Source of the DNA: Marsupella aquatica
Taxonomy: Eukaryota; Plantae; Marchantiophyta
Direction of reading: 5' to 3'
Assembly (NCBI GenBank): GCA_973895155.1
Contig: OZ316898.1
Location: 5,009,079-5,073,078 of the forward strand
Length of the DNA stretch: 64,000 bases
The notes beneath the pieces were generated by a model. It was not told where the DNA came from and did no database searches. It worked only from the letters and a program-made list of their open reading frames with translations. Shown here piece after piece: positions 51,701-64,000 of the stretch; position 1 is the stretch's first letter; every line of letters begins with the position of its first letter. The position numbers and the translations under genes are program-made.

Positions 51701-53462
51701 ATTTCAAAATAGTATGTGAGAAAAGAGTGTAGATGGATACGCTTCCTAATGCATGGGGCCATGGCTGTAACCCCCTCTGGCTCACCTCCCTCAAGGATTA
51801 GCCTGCAATCCCCTCCAGGCCATGGGTCAATAGGGCTGTAACTCACTTACAACTCAGGACATACATTGTTTTTATGGCCAAGACAAAATCACTAGTGAAG
51901 CTGTAACTCAGTTACAACTATTTTTATGTCCAAGACAAAATCACTACAGGAAACCCAAATACTTACCCCATAAGCATTTTATGTCCAAACATCCACATTT
52001 TATGTCCAAACATCCACAGCCATAAAACCTTGCTCAAGGGAGAACTTTGACATGCCCTAATACAAACACTTACTTGGGTTACTGCTTTACTTGCGAAGAA
52101 ATGGAAAAGCTGGGAAACAGGACATGCATGGTAACAGATGCCCTGTCCGAGGCAGTGGGCTGTAATCCCCAGGGCGGTTGGGTACCCTACACCTCTTCTT
52201 CTTGACAAGTTCTCTTGTGGTAAAAGGGGTTTCCAATTTCCAAATCAATTTTTTTTTTAACAGGCTTAAACCGAGACAAATGCAAGATGCCGGCAATACC
52301 ATCACCACTGTCATTACAACGGTCTTCAAAAAAAACTCTTGTGACAAGAAGTAACATTCTCGCCAAGATTTCAACAGAAGCCTGAAGCGGTGATCTCCCA
52401 GGCGGTTTAATTAGGGATCAGCCATGATACACTCTCTCTCTCTCAATGTGTCCCTCTCTCCATGCATGTCTCAGCTCCTTTGGGAAGTGCACCTTTAAAG
52501 GAGTTCGATTGCCCCAAGGGACAAATTAGAGGCAAACATAAATTCTCCTGGAAATCAATTGTCACCGTTACTCCATTCTACCTCGAGAATAGAACTGCTC
52601 AATCAAACCTCCCGCTCTGGATCACAGAGCAGATCAGAGCAGCAAGTGCGCAGAGATAGGAATTGCAGCTCTGCTCTTATCCAGCCATATCGTTAGATGC
52701 TACTCCATGATCTCATTTTACTCAGTTTTCGAGTAAGAATACAACTTCGGCACTGAAGTCCCCGCACTTTCTAAGGAGTTGATGAAGACTCTCTTTCGTA
52801 TTATTCTCGAACATAAAAAAGAGTCACTGGCACTTGATAGAAAATGTCGAATTGGTAACCACTCAGTATCTTCTCCGGTCATCAAAATTGGAGAGTACAT
52901 GTCAAATTGGTAACAACTCACTATCTTTCCCGGTCATCAAAATTGGAGAGGATAAGAGAGGGAGCGAGCGTTCACAGATAAGTGTAAAGGTAGGCTAGTA
53001 AGCTGTCAATTTGTTAACCCTTTTCCCCCCTAGGAATGGCTGCTATTGCTGCAAGACTGCCTAACCTAATTCGTCTAGGTGCTGCTCAGACTCGACCCAT
53101 TTCCTCGTCTCTTTGTTACTCGTTGAGATGGGTCTAAGTTGAATCCCTCTGCCGTAGAAATTTTCTCCCGGGCTTCGTATTGGATTGAAATTAGTCAACT
53201 CTATCTCAAGAGTAGTTGATTTGTTCCAAGCTATTCGATTGAGGGTGACAAGTGAAATTAAATACAAGGTCGACGACATTGTAAGAAGATGTGGATCTTG
53301 CACCCCTTCGTCACTAGAACGGCAAGGATAAACCAATTGCGACCAGGCTGGGGACCATTTTGACAAGAATGACATTGGATTCCTGTTGCAGTGCCTGACA
53401 CCCAGCGCGACAACTGACGAATCAATAACACGAGCAGGGACAATCCTGCAAACCAGACATTC

Positions 53463-55959
53463 ATGACTTCGTCTGCCAGACCAACTGGCCTTCCAGGCAG
53501 GCCGGGAGCTGCACTCGGGTCAGGAATCAATAACAGATTTCGCGCTGGTTCCAATAATGCAACCAGCACCAGCACCAACACAATTCCTTCGCAAGAGCAA
53601 CCAAGAATTCCCACCAGGACAGTGGTCGCTCCAAAGCAAAACACAATCAAAACTACTGCGGGTCGTGCAATGAAAAGAAGCGTACAGGACAGCAAGGTAC
53701 CATCAACCATCCCTCGAAAAGCCAATTGTCCACCAGACAAGGACCCAAGAGGTGGACAAGGAAAGCCACCGACACGTCCAGCTGAATTGCAAAGAGCGGC
53801 ACCAGCGACCCTCTCTGGCTCCCAATTTGCATGGGTTCCTCTCCATATGAATCATCACAACACTGACACTCATACCTCAGCCGGAGGATCACTTGTAGAC
53901 CCCTATCTCTGGAGGAGAGGACCGGCAGATCCATCTGGCGTGGTCCTCGATCTCTCGGACCGTCCTCTGCTATGCATGAGTGTCAGGGGAACTGAAGCTG
54001 CTATAGGCTGTTCAGATCATAGTGTTTATGTTGTAGATATCTCCGCCCAGAAGCTTCAGAGGAACCTATATGGAAAACAGTTTGGGCACGTCGATTGGGT
54101 GACATGTGTAGATTTTGTAGAAGATTGTAGAATTCTAAGCGGAGGAATGGACAACAAGCTGTGTTTGTGGGACGCCACAGGTGTGCGTTGTACTGATTTG
54201 CAGGGACATACAGCTTCCATTTCAGGTGTGAAAGTCATTGATAGCAAGTATGCAATCAGTGCTAGCTATGACAAAACTCTATTACTTTGGGACTTGAATG
54301 GGTCAAAGAAGAGCAAACCTGTGGGGTGCTTACAAGGCCACAGAGGTGCGGTGCTGAGCTTCGCAGTAAATTCTGAAGGAGGCATTGTGAGTGGAAGTAG
54401 AGATGGAGAGGTGTTCTTGTGGGATGGCAGAGATGGAAAGCCTGTCCTTAGATGCAAGGGAGCCCATGATGGTCATGTCACCGCTGTGGCGTGCTTAAAT
54501 GGGGTTGCTGGTGATGACGACCGGATAAACAACAGCCAACTGCTGTTCGTCACAGGCGGGCAGGATGGTGTCCTTCGAGTGTGGGACAAGCGCACCAAGG
54601 CCCCTGTTCAAACAGTACCACTCTCCAGGTGTTTTCCTTCACCATGGCGGACTGGACTTTGATAGAAATTCATGATACCACTAACTACAGAAATCTCAGG
54701 CCAATTTTCGGGCCTTTCAACGAATTGTACCCTGATGATTTCCTGGCTGACGCATTACCGATATTGAACTGACCCTTTGGGTATTGCTCCGAAGAAACCT
54801 AATCTGTTCAAATTGAAACAGCAGGTTAATGTAAAGACCTCTCAGTAATGCTAATCATGGTCAATAACTGGGACTCAACCAGTACCAAAATTACTTGGCA
54901 ACAAAGTTCAGAAGTAGAATAAAGTAACCCACTGCGCCAACACTTGAAAGCAAACCAAAAATGGGCTATAATTCTCTTGGAGTTAGAAATAATCTGGTCA
55001 GTAAGCCACCCACAAACCAGAGTAAGAAAGCACCGCATTCCACAAGCCCCTCTCCTGACATTTTGCAACTCACTAGCTCACTCTCTTCCACTCATGCCAA
55101 TAAGAAAATTGACCATGAAAATTATCAAAGCCTTTGAGTGGGAGCGCTATATTTTGTTCCCAGTACTGTCAAGTATGCTGGAGACTCTTGTCTAATTTAT
55201 TTGAGCTTACAAAATGGATCGAAACTAAGCTTACAAATCAGGACTTTTAGCGCTGATCTAGGCCTGAATTCACAGACGATCTCCACCACACACAACAATT
55301 AACGAACTTCAAGGTAGTACACTCTCTTGGGCTGGAAAATTGTTTGCAGGTGCATGAATGCCGTCACTTCTTCATTGAAAAATCCAAAATCTACCATATC
55401 CAGTAACCAACCGCTGGATTCTGAGAGTACTGGAACTCGTTTTGTTGCAGATCAGCGAAGGGGAAGGGAGCAATTACAGACATTGCCATTACCACTTCAA
55501 ACACAGGTGGCCCTCCCATGGTGGTCACTGCCAGTGCTGATAAAGTAATAAGGGTTTTGGAGCAAAGGTCATCTTTTCAGGTCTTACATGTTATCGCTGA
55601 CCACACCGACTTCATCTACAGTCTCTACACATGTGGTACGTCCTCTAGACTAACAACCGGATATCGCAGCTTATCATTCATGATCTATTGCAACTTCAGC
55701 CAACTGAAGAACCATCATGTTTCAGATGGAAGAAAGTTTCATGCGCTGGAAATAACGTCTTGTCTACTCCCAAACAGGTTCACTGATTTGGAGCGGAGGA
55801 GGCAATGGAAACTTACTTGTGCATGATCTCTCAAATGGCAGTTGCTTGTATGGATTGGGAGCAACTAGCAACGGAGCTCCACGCTGCATTTCACTTGTTG
55901 GGCCTCGATCTCTCGTCGTTGCTGGGGATGATGGAAACTGCATGATGTACTCACTCTAA
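53463..55959 (+). CDS. WD40-repeat protein with a disordered N-terminal extension, about 510 aa
   Basis: Exons 53463-54628, 55451-55635 and 55778-55959 join in frame. GH...WD repeats include GHVDWVTCV..LSGGMDNKLCLWD, GHTASISGV..SASYDKTLLLWD, GHRGAVLS..SGSRDGEVFLWD and AHDGHVTAV..TGGQDGVLRVWD. Confidence 0.88.
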
Positions 55960-56330
55960 AGAGGGCAGACTTATTAGTCTTTTCCGGCGGCTGAAGTAGT
56001 TTTAGCCGCGCTGGGAAACCATACCCACATGTTAAGAACAAGGTGTATCCAGCACATATTTCAGCGTCCAGTGTATAGTACCTCTAAGCATCTGTCGTGA
56101 ATCAATTGCAATCACGGGCAGAGTTTTTCTGACAGTAGGACAATCGGATCACGCAAAAGGTAGTGAGACCTATGACGGGCACTCAGTGGCACTTCAAGCA
56201 ATTGAAGCAGCTTAAGCCACTAAAATTTTATTACCCATCAACAGATTGTCCATCTGTGATAGTCCCTGACAATGTTAATGCCAATGAGCATAGCAAAATT
56301 GAGTCTCAGACTGCACAATTTAACAGTGCA

Positions 56331-59300
56331 CTAGATATCGTGGGGTGATATAGAGAGCAAGCGCTCTGACTCTACATCTACCTCTTTCATAGGTACTTGC
56401 GAGGCAGCAGCTCTCGTAATCATTTTGTTGAATTCACACTCGACTCTAAAGAAGATCCACTGGAATCTACGAAGCATTTCAAGGGCTGAAAATGTGAACA
56501 CAGTCAATCGATTGTGTCGAAGATGAGCTGATAATTTGAATGTCCACGAGCATCTCAATATAAGGTTGCTCCAAATCGCCCACCAGTAAACCTGCCGTTT
56601 CAGAGGTAGAGAAACCATCTGTTACCAAAAGTTAAGGGCATGAAGAGTAAATATACAGGATAATAAATTAAACCTTCAGGTGCAAGAGCGGAGTCGAGGG
56701 ACTCGCTCTTGTAAACGGAGGCAACTATCCTCATATCCCTGCGTACAATAGCGATGATGCCCTCATTACTATCACCTAACATGATTCCTGTTGCTATCTC
56801 TAGACAGGAAGCACAAATCAGTACTTACTTGAAAGGAGAGAAGTCTTAGTCATAAAACATTCAGACATAGAAAGTGACTCACCCATCTTCGACTGTATAA
56901 AAGGCTTGTGCGCAGTAGAGGTTTCTTCGTATTGCAATTACCGGATAGAACCCTGATAGACGACCAGCCATACAAAAGAGCAAACACTTAATCACATGGC
57001 CTGCCGAGCATCACAAGATGCAACGTAAGATTCATCACACAAATAACTTCCGCGAGAGCTACAGTTCGGGAAATACAATGAATTTGACTCGCTAGAGGCA
57101 GAAACCTGGTAATGAAGAGGCAGTGTCTAGCCAAAATTCAGGAAGTACGCACCCGAAATCCCAATCACGACTTATATCCCAGTAAAATGAATAGCACGTG
57201 TTGATCAAACTCAGAAGGAGCCACAGCGGACGATATCTTGTTTCCCATAAGAGTTCATCTGTTAGATGATATTTCATTGCTGACAATATGATCACTGGAA
57301 AGGTGGTTGAATACTTTAATGCTGCACAATATCAAAAAGTCATCAACATCAAGTTAAGTGCAGCAAAATCAACTGAGAAGCCCTGGTATTTCAATCTCTC
57401 AACGTAACCACTTGCAAATTGCATCCATCAGTTTTCAATGCTTCGTCTAGAATCTTGCTACACTAGCTAAGAGGTGTTACTGTATCTGCAGTCTGCTTAA
57501 CCTTCACTATCTGTTGAGCGGCTGCAAGCTATCAGGTGCTTGAACATATTCATTCTCTAGCGGTGAAACTAGAGTCGAAGAGTGACATTTCAGGCATTAG
57601 AGATTACTTATTGTCCCCAGAGGAACGCCCAGGGCTCAACTATTTATAAAAATGGAAGTCAGCATTACGGCATTCATTTTGGAAACAAGGCAAAAAACAT
57701 ATGGATAACGTAAACACAGATGCTTGAAAGACCTGGGCAAGTTAACAGCTTTCAGCAGCTTCTCACTCTTAGATTCAAACTCACCATTGAAAAGACAAGA
57801 TTTGTCTCGGGTATCAGAATACTGCCGGAGACACTGGAAGAATCGGCAGACATAGGGAAAGGCCAGAAAACAAGGGATCAAATATGAATGATTCCCACAC
57901 ATGAAGTCTACATCATCATCAGGGATACCTGCCAACTACAAGCAGAACACCAAGCTTAAAACTTGCCTCAAACAATAGTACAGCAACAAATACTTTAATA
58001 TGAATTATTACGGCTGAGAGAGATATTAAGTAAGTACTAAGTCAGGTTCTGCAGGTCCGAAGAGGTCACGGTCAAAGAAAAGAAAAGAAAAGAAAAGAAA
58101 AGAAAAGAAAAGAAAAGAAAAGAAAAGAAAAGAAAAGAAAAGAAAAGAAAAGAAAAGAAAAGAAAAGAAAAGAAAAGTAAGAAAAACGCCTCAATGTAGG
58201 ACCCGCCCAAGACATAATGCAAGAAATTCAGGGCAAACCATATGCGAACCTGATAGACCCAAAATTAGTCAAGTACAAATAATTCCTACAACAAGGCAGA
58301 ACACCAGGTTACCTGATGATAGTACATTTTGCAAACAGCACGCTCCACATCTGACAGTACCTGTGAATACATGGAAAATACAGAATTTAGAACCTAAGCA
58401 ATTCACAGGACAAGTTGACTTTGTAATGGAACATTGATCCCAGAAGTACTATGTTCCATCAAACAAATTCAACCTCAATTACACATTTACAAGTAGGACA
58501 AATCATGGTATGAATAAGTTCAGCTGGCTTACTTTAGACATAGATGTCAGCACATCTGCGACGAAAAAATCCGCATAAGAGATTGGCTGCACAGAGCCGA
58601 TACACACCCACCGACATTAGCCCTCTACCACTACCCTCTCTGACTTGCTAGCACCCGCGTCGTTCACTGCTACCTAGAGCTAATACGCAATAACAAGGCA
58701 GTGCAGTGCAGCAGGAAAAGAATTGCCTGTCATTTAGAAAAATCAACCTCACTTTGCCTTATAATGCAATTTCTTGCTGCTGAAAACTGAGTACATAAGT
58801 GCTGGTTACACATACGGGTACGACAGGCGTACCTGGAAAGGAAATATCATCCTAACAATTGTGTTCAGGAAGTAGAACCGTGATGATGAATAGAAAACAT
58901 CCACCGGCAGTGCTAATAAGAGTGGTAGTAGACAATAAATGAGCACCTGAAAAAAGCACGAATACTCGTCCTGTTAACCCACACCTAAGTCACAATCTGA
59001 GTGGTGCGAGAATATGAAGTTCCGCTAGTGGCTTTACTTATACAAACTAGGCGCCGAATACATTCAAAGTTCGAAGCCACAGCTCGACCACAAATGTTCA
59101 GCGCACTGGACCTATCACAAAAGCAAAAGACACTATGAAATTGTTTCAGAGCTGCTATGAAAGTACAAATCCCGGTCCGAAGCACTCCAACGTCAGTATC
59201 GACAGAGTAGGGTCAGCATTATGTACAATACGGACATTTTCAACCACACGAAGGGCACAGATTCATGATTGGAATAAACACAAAGGTGAGATACTGCACC

Positions 59301-60391
59301 GGTTGTGACGCTGCCAGTTGAGTAGCACCATGTGACTCCAAGTACAAATATGCCGTCAAACTTGTCACCACCATGATAGTCACCCATGCGGCAATCTGCA
59401 AAGGTGAACCTTCGAACCCACTATTAGACTATCGAAATACAGAAGCGGAAGAACTTACAAACCGCCAGTGGTCTAAAGTGTAACACGTTTGACTCTATGA
59501 AATCTATATAGTATGACTAATAGCAGCTGTATATTGGAAACGAGTCCTCAGATGTAGTCAGGAGGACAGGAGTAGCCTAGAAGATTTGAATAATTGAGTC
59601 TAAGAACCAAGACACAGCAACTATCAGGAATTCAAAGTTCCTTGGACAATAATTCATGGATTCAGGGCTCTGCAGCACTTTCTGATTATATAATTTCAGC
59701 GACGCTTCGAGGAGGTACCTTCCAGATTTCACGATGAGTGAGGTGATTGTGATCCAGTTCAAAAACCTTCGGATAATTCACCCGAGACCGCAGAAAGGCG
59801 AAGATGTTCACTCCCCAGAGCCACAGCATCATAGCCTGAATGGAAAGCACATCATCTAACACAAGTCTAACGGATACACCGACCGATGGGAATTGTAACA
59901 ATATAATTCATTTGTAGGATAACTCACGAGAACAAAACAACAAAAGATCAAATATTTGGCGGACTGAGTTTCAGGAAGGATGCATTTGACAGGATTTCAG
60001 GGGATAGTAAGAAGAGGAAGACAACGTACCACCATAATGAGGGGGTTGTAGAACGCGAACGCTTCGAATAGAATGTTGTTCCATTGGCCAGCATCCATCC
60101 TGATGACTGAATCTCTGATTATCTGCCATCGCATCAAACGATCCGGTAAGCGTCTCTCTGACCGCGTGATGCAGATCCACACCTAACCTACTCTAAACTC
60201 ACGCAAGATTCGCGCACTCTTTAATAAGCACCCCGAGGACCACCAAGTTCTTTCCTCCGCTATGAAAAGCTCGACATCGTTTAGACCATCGCCACCAACA
60301 ATGAAGGTATAGCAGATGAATGCACAATATCTTGAGCACCATCATCTTGAGCACCATCCATTTCGTTGCATAGGAGCGATTCGTGCGACAT
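56331..60391 (-). CDS. EXS (ERD1/XPR1/SYG1) family membrane protein without SPX domain; 5' end uncertain
   Basis: In-frame exons: (60182 or 60122)-60030, 59835-59719, 59395-59300, 58946-58833, 58586-58533, 58360-58313, 57935-57785, 57321-57153, 56952-56883, 56591-56331. Motifs include YNPL, VNYPKVF, ADFFVADVLTSMSK, RFFQCLRQY, ALKYST, YSFYWDISRDW and EMLRRFQWIFFRVE. The start at 60391 is tentative. Confidence 0.88.
58075..58176. repeat. (AAAAG)n microsatellite, about 20 units, intronic
   Basis: A perfect pentanucleotide run inside an EXS gene intron. Confidence 0.95.
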
Positions 60392-63300
60392 GGCGTTGAC
60401 CTGATAGCTCAGCATTGGCTCATGGCTGCGCGAAATAGTGTTCCAGGTTGACATAGATTCAAACCAGGCAGCCCATTGTCTACCATGAGAACCACAATTG
60501 AAGGAGAATAGGTCTCCGGGACAACGGACGACCACAAGTACCAGTTCAAGATTCGTAAACTCCAGACCTTTGAGCGTGTAGAAACAGATCCGAGTCTGTG
60601 CATTAAACCTGTCTGCCCCAAATAACAGAGGACACCCTCTCTCAGTGTTTCGCGATCGATCTATCAGTGTGGCAGAGGAGGAATGTGTGACAAACCTTCA
60701 AGGACAACAAGATCCACAAACAGAACACCGTCTTTTGCATTGTGCCACATCGACCACAGCGCAGTGAAAATCCGGACCTGCCAGCAGTCCAATTCCCCTA
60801 ACCTGCCCTGCCCTGTCCTTCCGTGTCCACAATCTGCGCTTCCGACCCTCTCCAAGTCAAGCCAAACTTCTGGTCCAACCTAGAGGCCGCTGGTTATCCA
60901 CCTCGCCGGAGCTTCCACTGACGAGTCTAAACCCCTAATCTCGATCTCCCAGAGTACTTCCCCTCATCATTGCCACTCCACTTCCTCAACACGAATCCTC
61001 AAAATTGTAGTAGCACTTCTGAACTGCTCTGCTGTGCTCTGCTCATCTTCCTCGAACTCCTCTTCACGCAAATACTTGCATCGCAGCACCGATAGCGGCA
61101 GTGGCACCAGTCGTCCTACGAAACGCATCTTCTTCTTCATCCTCTCGTCGCCTTGACACAGCTCCTCGCTCGCCTCCTCCTCCTCTGATCTTCCCTCTCA
61201 TCATTACATCCCTTCACTCTCAACTTCATCTCCTTCTCCTCTTCTTCTCTTCTTCTCTTCTCCCTCGAACCGTAATTTCACACAAAGTCCTTCTCCGATT
61301 CTTGACTAACGCCGAGCATCAAAATCTCCAACAATGTCAATTGAATCGGAACAGCATGCTTCAGCCGCCGGCGACGATCCTGCTCGTCGTGTCTCCAATA
61401 CAGACATTGAATGCTAGAAACAAAATCTCAGTCCCGACCGACATTTTTTTTCAATCAATCATCTTCCGCAATTCCTTGGTGCCTCGAGAATCACAGACGA
61501 CTCCACCATTAATTCTGGAGAAACGCTTTTGGTCTCTCTGTTCGTCACAATCATCATTTCTCTCCTCTCCTTTTCTCTCTTTCTCCACTTTCCTTCGCTT
61601 TACACACAACAGAGAGCACGAAGTCACGAACAGTCGTAAAGGCCAATAATTATACCGGCGACGTCACCGGCGTGGACCTTCTTTTCCAAGGTCATAGGGA
61701 GGCGTTGGATTTCAGCGCCGACGGCTAGGATGGACGCCCAGCGACACGGGCCGAGAGGGCTCCCGTCGTGAAAAGTGTCACCGGCGAAGTGGCAGGCGGA
61801 ATGCGCGTCCGACGAACTTTGATATATATTCTCGTTTGTCAAATGGCCGTCGATTTCAGATCCTTGAAGATCCCACGGTGGGCGGCGGCCTTCTTCGCGA
61901 ACCCAACCGGCAACCGGAGTCCCCGCTGTACTGTACAATTCGGCAGTCGAGGTCGTGCGGTCCATCCTCGTTTTCTTGTGTGGAATCTACGGCCCTAGTT
62001 TCGCTTGCGTGTGAGTGTGCCATACTGACCGTTAGATGGGATTTTGGAGTATGGGAGTGCGTGCTGTACGCGGTCGCATGAGCAGATTTGCGGGGTGAAT
62101 TTTCTTATGTACTCTGTATTTATTTATTTATTTATTCATTAGAAGGAGCGCGAAGGTCCATCTAGTAGCTAAGTTGTAGCTTGGATGGACCATAAATTTT
62201 CGGGTTAGACCCCAATGGACCAAGCACTTTTTGACACCCTGTAGGATGCACATTTATACGAAGAAAAGTGCTGCCTGAGTAAAAATTATTGTTTCAAAGT
62301 GGTCCTTGCAAGTTCAAATCCAAGCATTTGGTGGAACATGGCCTTGTAAGGAGGACTAACGTGCCAGCTTATTTTTAGGTGCCAATTTCCACCAAATTCC
62401 ACCTCCCCAAAATGTGTTAGTCACTTTTAGCTAAAATTTGCTCGATTCTTTGTATACCATTGCCACTTTCCCACCAAACCAAGGACCCCATTTGCCAGAA
62501 TCTAACAGTCATCCATAAATGTAAGGATATCTAACAGTCCGCAAAAGATAAAACTATTTAATGTAGGTAACCACTTGGTCTACCAAATAGACAATTTGAC
62601 TTGTTGCAAAAGATAAGACTAACATATTTAGGTAACGACTTGGTCTACCAAATAGACAATTAGACTTGTTGCAAAGATAAAACTATTTAATGTAGGTGGA
62701 GTAACTTATTCTTGCTCTGTTACAACTCTTTCCAACAACAAAAATTTTCAGGCAGGGAAAGAACCAAGCCCATTGAAAAGGAGGAGAGTGGGGAGAAGAG
62801 GTAGGCCAGACAGAAGAACGCCACGAGAGGAAGAAGGCTATGGTAGGCTGTAAGGGCCAGAGTGACTACCAATGCTTAACAAGAGAACCAGATACACTTT
62901 GGCCAGACTGCCACAGAATTGTGTTAGCAAACCCATTGCTGAGTAAAAAACCTCGGAACCATAAAATCACTATTTAATCCCTACATGTTAAATTAACGAT
63001 ATAATGTCCCCTAGCTGAACTACTGTACCTAGCTGGGGGACGCATGCTTGACAGCCCTTAACCTTGAAAACTCCGTGCATAGTTGAAGTGTCATCTCTAC
63101 GTGGACATCTCCCAAAAGCAAAAACATCACAACTCCACACTAGGTAACACAACTTACCATCCTACATCTACGTCAAAAACAAGCTAGAGTCTCACATGGC
63201 ATCATGTAGCTAATCTCTTTCTTCACCTTGACAGGTTCCTAACTTCAACTTGCTCTCCTTGCTGGGTTGATTACTCCAAATTGGAAGATTCTTGGAAGGT

Positions 63301-64000
63301 TTCGTACTGTAGTTGGGCCACTATGTTGACTAAAGCAGGAATAGTAGTTCAACGGGGGTTATACAAGTTGTGCAGGCCTTTGTTCTCCTCGCTTATTGGC
63401 AGAATGAATTGCGTCTTCTTGCCTCGTCTCCTCATTACTCTACAATGGAGCTCGCTTCATTACCTGGTCTCCTTCTTCTCTCTTTCCAAGGGGTAAGTTG
63501 GCAACTTTTGAACAATTTTGGAACTGTGAATTTTCTTGTCCTTTACCATGGTTTCTCTTCTCTTCTTCAGATTCCTTTTCTTATTAATCTTCCCCAATGG
63601 GTTAAATTACTTTATTGATGCCGACCTCTCCCTCTCCTTCCTTCTCTACCTCAATTGGGAAGGCAGTGCCTGCCAATGCACGTATAGGAATCCTTTCTAC
63701 TGAATTCTTCATGGAAGTGGAAGAGACAGTGATAGCTCTCACTCCACTTCTATTTTTTTGCTTTCTTCCACTCTTTTTCTTTATCCTTTCGGCAAATCCT
63801 ACATAGGAATATAGGTTTGCTTAATTTGAGCCACATAGTAGAATGCCAACTTGAATTTGTCTTCCAGAAAGAAGGTCTCTTAACTCTCCTCAATATCATT
63901 TCTTTCATTTCTTCCTTGGAGCTATTTTCTACCACTCCTCTCCTCTCTTTTAAGGATCTTGAGGAAATTCTTTGCTATGACCCTTCCTGGTGGTGGCTAC

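Noticed and set aside
61101-61965. ORFs of 113-182 aa upstream of the EXS gene
   Set aside because: This is CT-rich 5'UTR/promoter-like sequence with no recognisable motifs.
63230-64000. Possible retroelement ORF1/gag remnant on the minus strand
   Set aside because: It is purine-rich and coding-like, but I found no diagnostic motif and it is truncated by the window edge.

Overview
Eukaryotic, intron-containing, repeat-rich plant DNA, most likely a bryophyte and probably a liverwort (inferred from the alpha/beta-hydrolase-NB-ARC-LRR gene class). The core is a tandem array of three minus-strand, five-exon hydrolase-NB-ARC-LRR (HNL-type) immune receptor genes at about 14.2-19.5, 29.9-35.4 and 43.6-48.7 kb. 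Copies 1 and 3 look intact. Copy 2 has an in-frame TGG>TGA stop late in the NB-ARC. All three have Cys at the hydrolase nucleophile position (GHCFGG) and a VHE variant of the MHD motif. The most striking unexplained signal lies about 7 kb downstream of the array (6.9-7.5 kb). There, a decayed NB-ARC relic has become two tandem fold-back hairpins whose stems are the MHD-motif coding sequence, and one arm has diverged only at synonymous codon positions. This fits a candidate NLR-derived, NLR-targeting MIRNA/hairpin-RNA locus; expression is untested. The window also holds a WD40 gene and an EXS-family gene (tail to tail), an RBMX2/Snu17-CCCH gene fragment, a probable F-box/LRR pseudogene, a plastid 16S rRNA fragment, nested MITEs, two Helitron-like 3' ends, a LINE fragment and several tandem repeats. 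Exon boundaries were read by eye from GT/AG sites and frame continuity.
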